A stretch of DNA of 62,699 nucleotides, counting the filler, from Kipferlia bialata (lineage: Eukaryota): the NCBI GenBank assembly GCA_003568945.1. It is 6 parts of 6 records of this genome, joined end to end, with 100 filler letters (N's around TTAATTAATTAA, not from the genome) between each part and the next. Parts side by side here need not be neighbours in the genome. Positions count along the whole stretch, not along the records: positions 39,620 to 52,697 come from BDIP01000991.1; positions 52,798 to 58,069 come from BDIP01001004.1; positions 58,170 to 62,699 come from BDIP01001018.1; 3 more parts are not named here. The stretch is one strand, 5' to 3'. Position 1 is the first letter of the stretch. Each line of letters starts with the position of its first letter. Both the position numbers and the translations under genes were made by a program. The notes under the pieces were generated by a model, which saw nothing but the letters and a program-made list of their open reading frames with translations, did no database searches and had not been told where the DNA came from. Of this stretch, positions 52,320 through 62,699 are shown piece after piece.

Positions 52320-52430
52320 CATATACACCATTAACTCACGTGACCCCCTCTGGCATGACTGTGTTGAGGGTCTGTGTGAAGTATCTCCACAGTCCATGCA
52401 CATCACTGATGTCATGGGCAGCCATCCAAG
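49682..52430 (-). CDS. GH20 beta-N-acetylhexosaminidase, 3' half
   Basis: Spliced QVVWQETF…GYRGLLS/GGWYLD…TWQNFY…ILG/GEVPMWGEAID…IWP/RAAAVAERLWS…PRLADF/RCQLVMAGV…HPC, the HEXA/HEXB C-terminal signatures. Confidence 0.9.
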
Positions 52431-52651
52431 CTGGGGGTGAGTGCACACATAGATACATATATGATATATATATTCAAGGAGACAATTCATGGCTGTTACC
52501 ATATTACGTATCCATGAATACCCACATCATATATATACTCACATCACGTGACAACAACAATGGATGAATGTATGTTTAACACAATTGTAGGGTGATCATA
52601 GACTGCCATCCAGTCGGAAAGGATATATGGAATAGGATGTGAGAGAAAATG

Positions 52652-52697
52652 TGGACAATCAGGGAATTGAACCCCGGGCCTCGTGCATGCTAAGCAC
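52652..52697 (-). tRNA. tRNA-Ala (AGC), 3' part; 5' end lost in a gap
   Basis: Minus strand GTGC-TTAGCAT-GCAC anticodon arm, CGGGG-TTCAATT-CCCTG T-arm, acceptor 3' …TGTCCA, then a TTTT tract. Confidence 0.8.
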
Positions 52698-52741
52698 NNN
52701 NNNNNNNNNNNNNNNNNNNNNNNNNNNNNNNNNNNNNNNNN

Positions 52742-52753
52742 TTAATTAATTAA
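52742..52753. other. Artificial contig linker TTAATTAATTAA
   Basis: Identical N-flanked spacer. Confidence 0.95.
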
Positions 52754-52899
52754 NNNNNNNNNNNNNNNNNNNNNNNNNNNNNNNNNNNNNNNNNNNNGGG
52801 GGGTTATGGGGTAGAGAGAGAGGGGAAGAGAGGTAGGGGGCAGGGGGGAAGACATAGAGAGAGAGACAGATAGAGAAAGGGAGATATGTGTATTCATAC

Positions 52900-53530
52900 C
52901 TATCAGCGGGGTGTGGGTATGGGTAGCCACTGTACACCTCGTCACAGACCAGGTCCCACAGCACACTAGTCTCAGATAGTCCATCACAGGTCCTAGATGG
53001 TCCTAGCACCCTAGCAGCTACTGGAAGTACCAGCCCAGCCACGCTAGGGGGCAGGGTGTGGATACCCTTGAGATAGGCTGTGACAACATCAGACGGAGAG
53101 GGCTCAGTTGACTCTGAGAGACTGGAGGGACTAGAGGGACTACGGGGACTTCTCGAGACTTCAGGAGTGTTCCAGAGTGCCAGCAATGGGTGGGGTGGGG
53201 TCTTGTCCCTGTGTGTCAACAAACAAATATCGAGTACATATACAAGAGAACCCTCAGATACATATAGAGTTATACTGTGTCACCTGGTATTAATGTTCAA
53301 ATGAATACATAGGTGTGTACCTGAAGCAGTGTGCGGCCAGACTACTCCTCAGAGAGTATATCGAGTATAGTAAACAGTACTTACTCATATACATACATAC
53401 TACGTCACTAGGTATTGATGCTCCGTGTGTGAATGAAGATACTATGTCACTAGGTGTGAATACATATGTGTACCTGAAGCAGTGTGCGGCCAGACTACTC
53501 CTCAGGGGCTCAACCAGCACAGAGGCCATG
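52900..53530 (-). CDS. Hypothetical protein fragment (at least 2 exons)
   Basis: MASVLVEPLRSSLAAHCF ends at CAG|GTAC; a second long open exon DKTPPHPLLALW…YPHPADR ends at a GTATG donor. Confidence 0.4.
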
Positions 53531-53789
53531 CCCCACACACTCTCTCTCTCTCTGTCTCCCTCTTTGAACTAACTGTCTCTCCCTATCCTCCCTCTGTCGT
53601 CCAGTCAGCTGCCCAACTACCCGTTACCAGTACAACTGGCTCTGGAGTCAGCACAGATACCCTACTGCACCTACACTCTGCTTATAAAAGAGGTGCTAGG
53701 CTAGTTTGTACTCATATATATGTGTTCTGAAGAAGGGTGTAGCTCTTTTTGTGCCTTGATAGCTCTTCCTGTCTTCTCCTCGATGACCC

Positions 53790-55372
53790 ATGGAGGAAGA
53801 CTCTGACGAGGATGTGTTTATAACCAAGCAGGAGTGCAAAATGTATGCCAAGTACATGATAGCAGTGGGGTGAGTTGATGTTTATATATGAGATATTCTA
53901 ACAGTGTATCCTTGTCTCACTGCCAGGCACCGTTGCTGGAGAGTGCTATCTTTCATGGGTCTTCCCGATGGCCTAGTGATGACTGAGGAACAGAAACTGA
54001 AGTCTTTCATCTCTCTGAGGTTGGGCATGGGTCTGCAGATGAGATGTTCAAGGTATGGAGCACTGTATAAAGTAGATATATAGTATATATAGTATATATA
54101 GTATATATAGTATATAGTGTATATTCATAGTGGGGATGGGTCTGCAGATGAGATGTTCAAGGTATGTGTAATATATGGTATATGAAGTATACATGTGGTA
54201 TATATAGTATATAGTGTATATATATAGTATCTATCTCTCAGGATGGGAATGGGTCTGCAGAGAAGGTGTTCACGGTTTGTGTCATGTGCTATAGTTCAAT
54301 GGATATATGTATTGTATATTGTGCAAAGATTTTTATAGTGGAAATGGTGCATGGAAGGTGTTCATGGTATGTATCACGTGCGAATATTATACTCTTAGTA
54401 GATATAGTATGGGTAGCACATCGTATATATATACAGTAGAGATATTTGATACACTGGACGTATATCATGCATGTATACTCTATATCTGGAGAGGAAGTGT
54501 ACAAGAGAATTAACCAAATATGAGCCTCTTTGTTTGTGTTCTCTCTCTCTCTCTCCCTCTCTCTCTCTCCCAGCTCTCAGCTCGGTCGTGATTCTTTTGT
54601 CATTTATATAATATATATATATAATATATATATATAATATATATTGTATTGTGTACCACTATTTATTATTGTTTATATACAATATAGTATTGTATATTGT
54701 ATTATATATATCGCATGTGGCTGTCTCTATACTTCTTCTGTATTCCTCCTCACCCAAGCGCGAAGTGGGGAGCCCTTGACTATGGAGCTATAAAGCATGG
54801 GTATATGCCAAAGGTACTGTAGTCAATACAATAGTATTTCATAATTATAATGGACAATACATTAGTTTTACATACATGTAATTTTACTAGATACAACTGC
54901 TCTCTTTAGTAGTATATATGTGTGTGTGTTTATCTAGTTGCATGCATAACTCTGAGAGGTTTCCAACCATACACTATAAATGGGGTATTCTTCCATGCCA
55001 AGTAGGTCTTTACAAGTGTCCGAATTGTACATATATATATATCCTTATCAGTGTCGTCACTGTTTATGTATTATGTCTAGTTAAATCCTCTCTCTCTCTG
55101 GGTCATCTTTTCGTTGTACTATTCTCTCTCTCCCTCTTGCTCACTTGGAAACTTCCTCGGAGTCTTATGTTCGTATGGGCTCCCAGATCTTCTCTCTCTC
55201 TCTCTCCCTCTTGTTAATTCCTTAGGAATTCTCCGAGGTGTTCTATGCTAATGTTCGAAAGTATGGGCCGCCAGATCCATCCGATCGGCTGACAGAACTT
55301 AAGCAGTGGAGGCGCCTCTACAAGCCACTTCTTCCATTACTCAAACTGGCGCTCCATAACAACTTCATCTAG
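53790..55372 (+). CDS. Small hypothetical protein (4 exons), copy A of an inverted paralog pair
   Basis: MEEDSDEDVFITKQECKMYAKYMIAVG/HRCWRVLSFM…GLQMRCS/AKWGALDYGAIKHGYMPK/EFSE…DPSDRLTELKQWRRLYKPLLP…*; exon-for-exon match to copy B. Confidence 0.8.
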
Positions 55373-55967
55373 TATCTTCCATATATGTAGAATGGACCAT
55401 CTGAGTATCTTCTAGAGATATGTAAATATTGCGTCTAGATAGTGCTCCAGATTCTGGAGTCCAGAACAACTACCTCTGGAGAAAGGTCCTTTCAAAGGAG
55501 GCGCATATGTAAGTTACATAATGTAACCTATTTCTTGGAAGAGTCTTCTAGGGAAATCCACTGAGAATCTCAGTTTGAGATGTGCAGTGCACATTGTGCC
55601 CTACTCTTAAGAATGGGTCTGGGAGATAACCCAACAAGTATAGTATACTTTGATAGTATACTGCATACTTAATTATTGAGCTAACAAACAGAATACAGTG
55701 AGAATACGAGTCGTATGACCTGACTCAGAAGTGGAGGAGCACCGCAAGTTGCTGTCAGCAACTATGGCCATATACATAGTCAGCAGACGATTAACGTGCT
55801 CCCATGATCACAATCCTCGCCCCCCCACTCAGTGTTAGTCACACTGTGACTCAGTCTCAGATACAAAAGTATCCCCCAATTTCCTTCCCACCAACTCCTC
55901 TGAGTCCAGTGGCTCGCTGTGGTAATTCTCTATAAGACAACGGCATACACATGTTCCTTCTTTCTCT

Positions 55968-57471
55968 CTAATAGTAGTTGTTCTCTAGAGCCAGTATAAG
56001 ATATGGAAGAAGTGGCTTGTAGATGCGCCTCCACTGCTTAAGCTCTGTCAGACGGTCGGACGGATCGGGATGTCCATACTTACGAAAACAACCATAGAAC
56101 TCAGAGGAAAATTCCTAAGGAGTCAGGGGGGGGGGGAGAGAGAGAGAGAGACGGGATATAGTACGAGACACATTCATTATCGACACGGAGAGAGTACCAA
56201 AATAGGAATACCTCTTTATGAATTACAAAAACCAACACAATGATACAGTCAACAAGAAGAGGGTACCAAAGTATATTTATAGATACTGAACACAGGGATG
56301 GAAGAATAGCACATACGTAGAGGAATGACACATACCTACAAGGTATGGAAGTATACACTACTCTTAACTGAGATATTCTTGAACACACATATATGAGAAT
56401 ACCTTCGGAAGATACCCATACTTCACAGCACCACAATCGAGAGCTCCCCACTTTGCTCTGTGGTAAGAGAACATAACATAATAATATAATAAGAGAACAT
56501 GGAAGTACAGATACAGTAACCATGGTATTACATGACGAAATACTGACAGCACCAGTAGACATACGACTGCGGTGAGAGTTGAGAGAGTGACGGGTAGTAC
56601 ATGAGGCTCGTACCCCCTCCCCTCCCCCCCCCCTTGTCCTGAGAATGCTGTCAAAAGTAGTAATGAAGGCTCAAATTGAAGGAAATGCCCATGGTAGAAT
56701 AGAGCAACACACAGTGTACACTTCCACCCCCAGATATAGTATACATATATATGAGTGTTACACTTCAAGTATCGATACATCTGAAGTCTCTAACTGCTGA
56801 AAACAAAATATTATTATACATTATACATTAACAATATACTATATAGCACTACACGTACGGTGAACACCTTCTCTGCAGACCAATCCCCATCTTGAGAGAG
56901 ACCAGAGACCTCACTTTCTGTTCCCTAGTCATCACTATGCCATCGTCAAGATCCATGAAAGATAGCACCCTCCAGCAACGGTGCCTGGGAGTGAGATAGG
57001 CATACAATGGAACAATATACTGAAAAGGCAAATTGAGGCACAAACACATATATAGACATAAATGTATCCAAAAATAGTACAGACAGCAACCACATACTGA
57101 TAAAATACTATGTATCCAACACGCTGTAGCCCAAGTGAATGGCAGGGAGACATGCATTCAAGATCTAGATGTAAATACCATATCCATACTATCAATGATA
57201 CATGGTACAATGATACAGTTAAGTAAAAATATTCCATCCCAGCCGATGCGTAGGAAGATACTGTACACACTCAGATCATACTAGTATAGAGATCATACTA
57301 GTATAGAGATGAAGCTATGTGTTGAAGAATGACAAAATGTAGTAGCAAATATGTATCAGAACTCATATATGTAGAGAGTATCTTTACTCACCCCACTGCT
57401 ATCATGTACTTGGCATATATGTCGCACTCCTGCTTGGTTATAAACACCTCTTCGTCAGAGTCTTCGTCCAT
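55968..57471 (-). CDS. Small hypothetical protein (4 exons), copy B of an inverted paralog pair
   Basis: MDEDSDEEVFITKQECDIYAKYMIAVG/HRCWRVLSFM…GLQRRCS/AKWGALDCGAVKYGYLPK/EFSS…DPSDRLTELKQWRRIYKPLLP…*; same intron positions as copy A. Confidence 0.8.
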
Positions 57472-57617
57472 CAAGGAGATATGCTTATAGAGACGAGATC
57501 TAATTGTAATTGCCGGCAATGTCAGGACTAGCCCCTTACTAACTCTAGGAAAAACTGACGTTTGCCCAACGGTATTTAGGGACTCGGCATTGACGAGCTT
57601 TCATGCAGGGTTACAGT

Positions 57618-57904
57618 ATGAGTGGTGACCCCCCTGGGATGATTCCCACGGCATACTACATCAAGTTTGGCAGGTATGCACCTACATGCATTGTGTGGCG
57701 TGTATTTATGCTGCAGGGGAAAGGGTTTCTACATCAGTATATACCATGTTATTTCTGACCCTAGGGAGTCCAGCAATGCCATTGCCAGAGAGATGCTGGC
57801 AGGGGAGGGCATCAGACTGCCAGAGACACTCCCTGCCTCTAGTGCATCTGCCTCCAGACCTGCCATCAAGTCCAGGACATACTCACGCAGACCACCTCCC
57901 AAGG
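57618..57904 (+). CDS. 5' exons of a hypothetical protein, truncated at contig end
   Basis: MSGDPPGMIPTAYYIKFG/RESSNAIAREMLAGEG… joined by a GTATG…CTGACCCTAG intron. Confidence 0.4.
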
Positions 57905-58020
57905 GTATGTGTTTGATAGCTCTCTCCTTATCTCTCCCTCTCTGTCACTACCCACCCAGGGTGTGTTCTCTCTCCATGTCTCTTTCATTCATTCTTCCTA
58001 CCCTCTCTCTCACATCTCTC

Positions 58021-58062
<42 letters not shown>

Positions 58063-58113
58063 ACCCCCCNNNNNNNNNNNNNNNNNNNNNNNNNNNNNNN
58101 NNNNNNNNNNNNN

Positions 58114-58125
58114 TTAATTAATTAA
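58114..58125. other. Artificial contig linker TTAATTAATTAA
   Basis: Identical N-flanked spacer. Confidence 0.95.
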
Positions 58126-58254
58126 NNNNNNNNNNNNNNNNNNNNNNNNNNNNNNNNNNNNNNNNNNNNGAGGGGGAGGAGGAGGGGGGGGGGGGGGGGG
58201 GGGGAGGGGGGGGGGGGGGGGGGGGGATGATGGTGACAATGGACACTCTCGTAC

Positions 58255-60171
58255 CTGGAGGAACATGAGCCTGATCTGCTGGGGGGAGTAGATCTCGACA
58301 CTCTGCCCAATGGTGACAAAGTTCTTGAGGGACTTGCTCATCTTGCACCCCTTGATGTGGAGGTGACCTGAGGGGTAGGGGAGGGCAAGAAGAGGGAGAG
58401 CAGAGGGGTCATATCCAGGCACGGTGTAGTCTCCACACGTCATAACTAGACTAGTATGAGTGAGATACCAGCACCATACCTGCGTGCATGAAGTAGTTGA
58501 CGGCCTGTCCCACCAGGGAGTGGGCCTCAGACTGGGCAATCTCGTTGTCATGGTGGGGGAACTGGAGGTCGATGCCACCGGTGTGGATGTCGAGGACCTG
58601 AGTGAGTAAAACACCGGGAAAGGAGTGCACTAATGTTTCATCAACAATAATTCTACACTGATAACTCGATTCATCATTGTCTATCCAACAATAGACAATT
58701 CAATGTCGTATCCATATATGTGTCTGCCTACCTTGCCAGCGATGCAGTGGGAGATGGCGGAGCACTCAATGTGCCAGCCGGGCCTGCCCTAGGGTAAGAT
58801 ACGAGAGTGGGGGATGGATGAGAAAGACACACAGCATGCCCCTACCTCGCCCCAGGGGCTCTGCCAGACAGGCTCGTCAGGCTTGGAGGCCTTCCAGAGC
58901 ACAAAGTCGTTGTCGTGGAGCTTCTCAGAGGCTGCGGCCTCAGAGGTCAGAGCACCCTCACCCTCCTGGAGAGCAGCCTGAGGGTGAGTATATATATGTA
59001 TATAGAATATAATGGAGTGAAGGGCAGGGGCGTGTATTACTAGAACGGTACCTGGTCGTTGATGCCGTCTGGTCTGAGCTTGGGGTATGTGTGTCCGGCC
59101 TCGAGGAATGCCTTGATGTTGAAGTACACACTCCCGGAGGGGGCGGCATAGCCAAACCCGTTGTCGATGATGGTCTGGATGAATGTGATGATGGCATCCA
59201 TGTGGGTGGTGACCCTGGCAGTCAGAAGGGGGTTCTATCACAATGTATATATATATGATATAGACATGTCACAGAATGAGTGTATTGACAATCTGTATGA
59301 CTGGGCACCTTGGGACGTGTGTGGCGTCCTTGACCCCCAGAGACCTCATGTCAGCCAGGAACTCAGCCTCGTACTTCTCAGAGATCTGGACATCAGTCAC
59401 ATCACAACACATGGGGGTTGAATAGCTAGTGGGGGGTGATTATCGCATACACAATAATGTAACTGGCTGACCCCCACCTTGGCAATCTCAGTGCCGAATC
59501 CCCTCTCTGCGCTCCTCTTGATGATCTTGTCATCCACATCAGTGATGTTCATGATGTAGTCCACGTCCAGGCCGAACCAGGCCTCCATGATACGCCTGGG
59601 GTATCAGAAAAGGGCAGAGGGGAGGGGAAGGGGGGGGGGGAGGGGAGTAACATCATCACGAGTCTATGGTGACAGGAACCCACTAACAGGAAAGATATTC
59701 TATAGAAAACACAACATATATACAGACTGGCCTACTGATACGACTTGACACACCTCACAGTGTCGAAGGCAACGTATGTCCTGGCATGTCCCATGTGGGA
59801 GCAGTCATACACAGTGGGTCCACAGATGTACCACTTGACCTTGTTCTCCTCCTGTGTCACAAGCTCACACTGCAGTGAGGGGCTGACATATATATATATG
59901 GTATACTAGACTGGTAGACGTGACGGGTCCTTGATACAACAGAATGGAGACCACAGCCACTAAGTACGCCACTGCTAGAGAATCATCGTACTCACATTAG
60001 GAATAAGATCCAAGAACCAGAATTTATGACAAGTGGTGTCAATAATAGAGAGAGTGTATAGATACACAGGAGGAGAACTGATAATCCAGCACTCACCTTC
60101 TTCTTGAGAAGGGAATTGGACACATTGATTCCAGTGCGGAATCCAGCAGGCTCAGACCAAGACTCAGACAT
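58255..60171 (-). CDS. CARS1: Cysteinyl-tRNA synthetase, 5' portion
   Basis: [74 protein letters not shown]. Confidence 0.97.
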
Positions 60172-60360
60172 GACTCGGAGTGTGTGGGCGAGAAAGGATG
60201 CGGTGCTGTGACTCTTGCCCTAGACCCCTAGATCTGAGACAAACATATTCAGTGAATCAGTCTGAGACATGTCTCCACTGTAGGCTTCAAAAGGCCTGTG
60301 GTGTATCCTGGCCTAACAGAGGTATACTGTGACTGCCCTGCTGTTGTGAGGCACCCCCTG

Positions 60361-60527
60361 ATGTCTCAGTCAGTTGGTGCAGCTGGGTCACGCCTCCCCC
60401 CTGGGGTTCACCATGGTCTCCTGTATCCTCTACTGGGAGATGGGCCTCGTGCATTCATAGGCAAGTGAAATTGACATGCTTAGTGAGGGAGTCTGTGTCA
60501 CACACCCAGTCCTAAAATGATGTTGCA

Positions 60528-60564
<37 letters not shown>

Positions 60565-61992
60565 AAACAACTACAGTTCTGTCATAGTCAACACGATTCA
60601 TAGATAGTCTCTGAAACACCTCTACTCGTTCCCTCAATAAGTGATGTGTGGCACCCAGTGGCTGACAAGTAGCTTACCTGTTATTGCAGACAATGCACTG
60701 TTCGCGTTTCCAGCATTCTCACTTGTATACATATACTTCTAATTTGTAATTGCTTCTGTCCTCACCCAGCTGGTGTTATTAGTGGGATGTGCTCATGTGC
60801 GGTAATGAAACCCCTTGACGTTGTATGCCGTAGGTATGCATTGGTAGTGTGTGTATTTATGTGCGTATAGTGCCGTGTTTGTCTCTGGCTGACACTGACA
60901 AGAGGTACCAGGCGGGAGTCTCTGTTACAAAGGACCCCTCTATGTCTCCATACACTGCCTACATGGATGAGAAGACCAGCACGGTGCAGCGTATCCTTGA
61001 GACCTTTGACCCTATCAGAGCCGCAAAGGGGATCGTGACAATTGGACGGACAGAAGGTTGGTGACATGCAAATATAATGCATTGATCTACTAGTATATGT
61101 AAGGTCTCTTTCTATTCTATTGTAGTACCTTGACCTGCAGGTGTGTCCAAACTCTATGAAGGCCTTCAGCCTGCCTTGATTGGGTCTGCGTCTGCCTGGG
61201 GTCTCTTCCACCTCATGTGAGTGGTAGTCCTATGATGAGAAATTGCTATGTTTTATCCCAGTAGTAACTGACACTCAGTCACAACTACAGCACCTCACTG
61301 CTGCACTTCCCTGTTGCCCCTGCTCTCTCCTCCTTCCTGTCTAGCGTCAGTGCCGCAATGCTCACCAACTGCATAGTGGCGCCTCTGTTTGTGGTCAAGA
61401 CTAGGTACATATATTAACAGAGTATAGAGTGTCTGTGATGAATACCGACGAGTCCCTCTGTGAATGGATATGCCTCTCTGTATACCTATCCCACCCCAGG
61501 ATGGAGGTGAGGTTCAAGGACAGCGGGGTCAGGGAGGGCCTGGTCACCACTGGCAGACAGATAGTGCAGACAGAGGGGGTCAAGGGGCTATACAAGGTGG
61601 GTTCTACACATAATGATGCGATGTATGAGTCTCTCTTACCACAGGGCCTCCCTGTCTTCTTGCTGGGCACCCTCTCAGTCGGTATCCGCTACACCCTTCT
61701 GTCCTCCTTCTCCTCTATCCTCGAGGCCAGGCATGGGTCAGGCACCATCCCTGCTGGCGAGAAGTTTGCAGCCAGCCTCGCTGCCAAGGGCATATCCTCT
61801 GTGGCCTTCTACCCCCTACAGGTGATACGCATTATGCAGAGAGCCAGTGTCCAGCGGCTGTCGATAGCTGACTGTAAGTCTACCCTCACCAAGGGGGGCG
61901 GGATGGGCCTGTTCTCCGGCATAGGGTTGACAGGCCTCAAGATCCTGCCAGCAGCAGGGATTAAGGACACCATATATGGGGCACTCTTCTAA
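60361..61992 (+). CDS. Mitochondrial carrier family (SLC25) protein, folate/FAD/NAD-carrier-like
   Basis: Three repeats PLDVVCR/RYQ, PLFVVKT/RME, YPLQVIR; EGVxxLYxG twice; GLQPALIGSASAWGLF resembles the SLC25A32/Flx1 group. Confidence 0.85.
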
Positions 61993-62317
61993 GTAAGAGT
62001 GTATTCACTACCTAGTAGTCATTGAGTAGAGACCAACCCGTTATAGATTAGCATTAGCACTGGCGCATATATAGCCACGAACAACTACACGGACACAACG
62101 ATTTATGTCTACAATAAATATATATCCCACAGTACCTTGAAGAACACTAACCAAATACAAATGAGAACAAATAACGAAAACATCACACACACATACGCAA
62201 AACCAGGCTGAAATAGCCAGGCGACTCGCAAGAAAGGAACAAGCTCACGCTTGAGCACCTGCAAGTACAATCTCGCGCATAGCCTCAACGCCTAATAGGA
62301 AAGTAGAGGGAAGGGGC

Positions 62318-62699
62318 TTAGACCTTGAGGGGGAAGTCCTTCTCCCAGGAGAAGGCAGAGGTGGAGCGACCGAAGTGGCCGTGGACGGCTGTGCCCTGGT
62401 ACCTGGGGGCCTTGAGGTCGAGCCAGTCGACGATGGCGCCGGGCCTGAGGTCGAAGGAGTCAACGACGATGCTCCTGAGCTTCTTGTCGGTCATGTCAGT
62501 CTTGGCAGACCCGAAGGAGTCGACGTGCACGGCAAGGGGCCTGGCGACACCGATGGCGTAGGAGACCTGGACCAGCACCCTGTGGCAGAGACCGGCAGCC
62601 ACCAGAGACCTGGCAATGGCACGGCAGGCGTAGGAGGCAGACCTGTCCACCTTGGTGTAGTCCTTGCCGGAGAAGGCGCCGCCTCCGTGGGCACCCCAT
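62318..62699 (-). CDS. MAT: S-adenosylmethionine synthetase, 3' end
   Basis: HGGGAFSGKDYTKVDRSASY, VQVSYAIG, FDLRPG, GHFGR, WE motifs. Confidence 0.97.
   Translation of the reverse strand, partial: WGAHGGGAFSGKDYTKVDRSASYACRAIARSLVAAGLCHRVLVQVSYAIGVARPLAVHVDSFGSAKTDMTDKKLRSIVVDSFDLRPGAIVDWLDLKAPRYQGTAVHGHFGRSTSAFSWEKDFPLKV

Overview
Intron-rich eukaryotic genomic DNA. It is probably a free-living metamonad such as Kipferlia; this is inferred from style and gene content, not verified. The window is an artificial concatenation of six contigs joined by N-TTAATTAATTAA-N linkers. Hand-splicing recovers these genes: an ACR2/Cdc25-like rhodanese, a DRAM/Frag1-type membrane protein, a Lag1 ceramide synthase, a PfkB kinase, a Ras with a natural Cys12, NMNAT, RPT6, GCP3, an ABCA transporter, a divergent small GTPase, a secreted DsbA-fold protein, kelch-like paralogs, an EFCAB9-like protein, a GH20 hexosaminidase, a partial tRNA-Ala, an inverted paralog pair, CysRS, an SLC25 carrier and SAM synthetase. 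The main discovery candidate is an 'exon-echo' architecture. In a subset of genes, most exons are preceded by intronic copies of their own acceptor plus first codons and followed by copies of their last codons plus donor. Several echoes differ from the real exon only by synonymous changes, and one matches a paralog better than its own exon.
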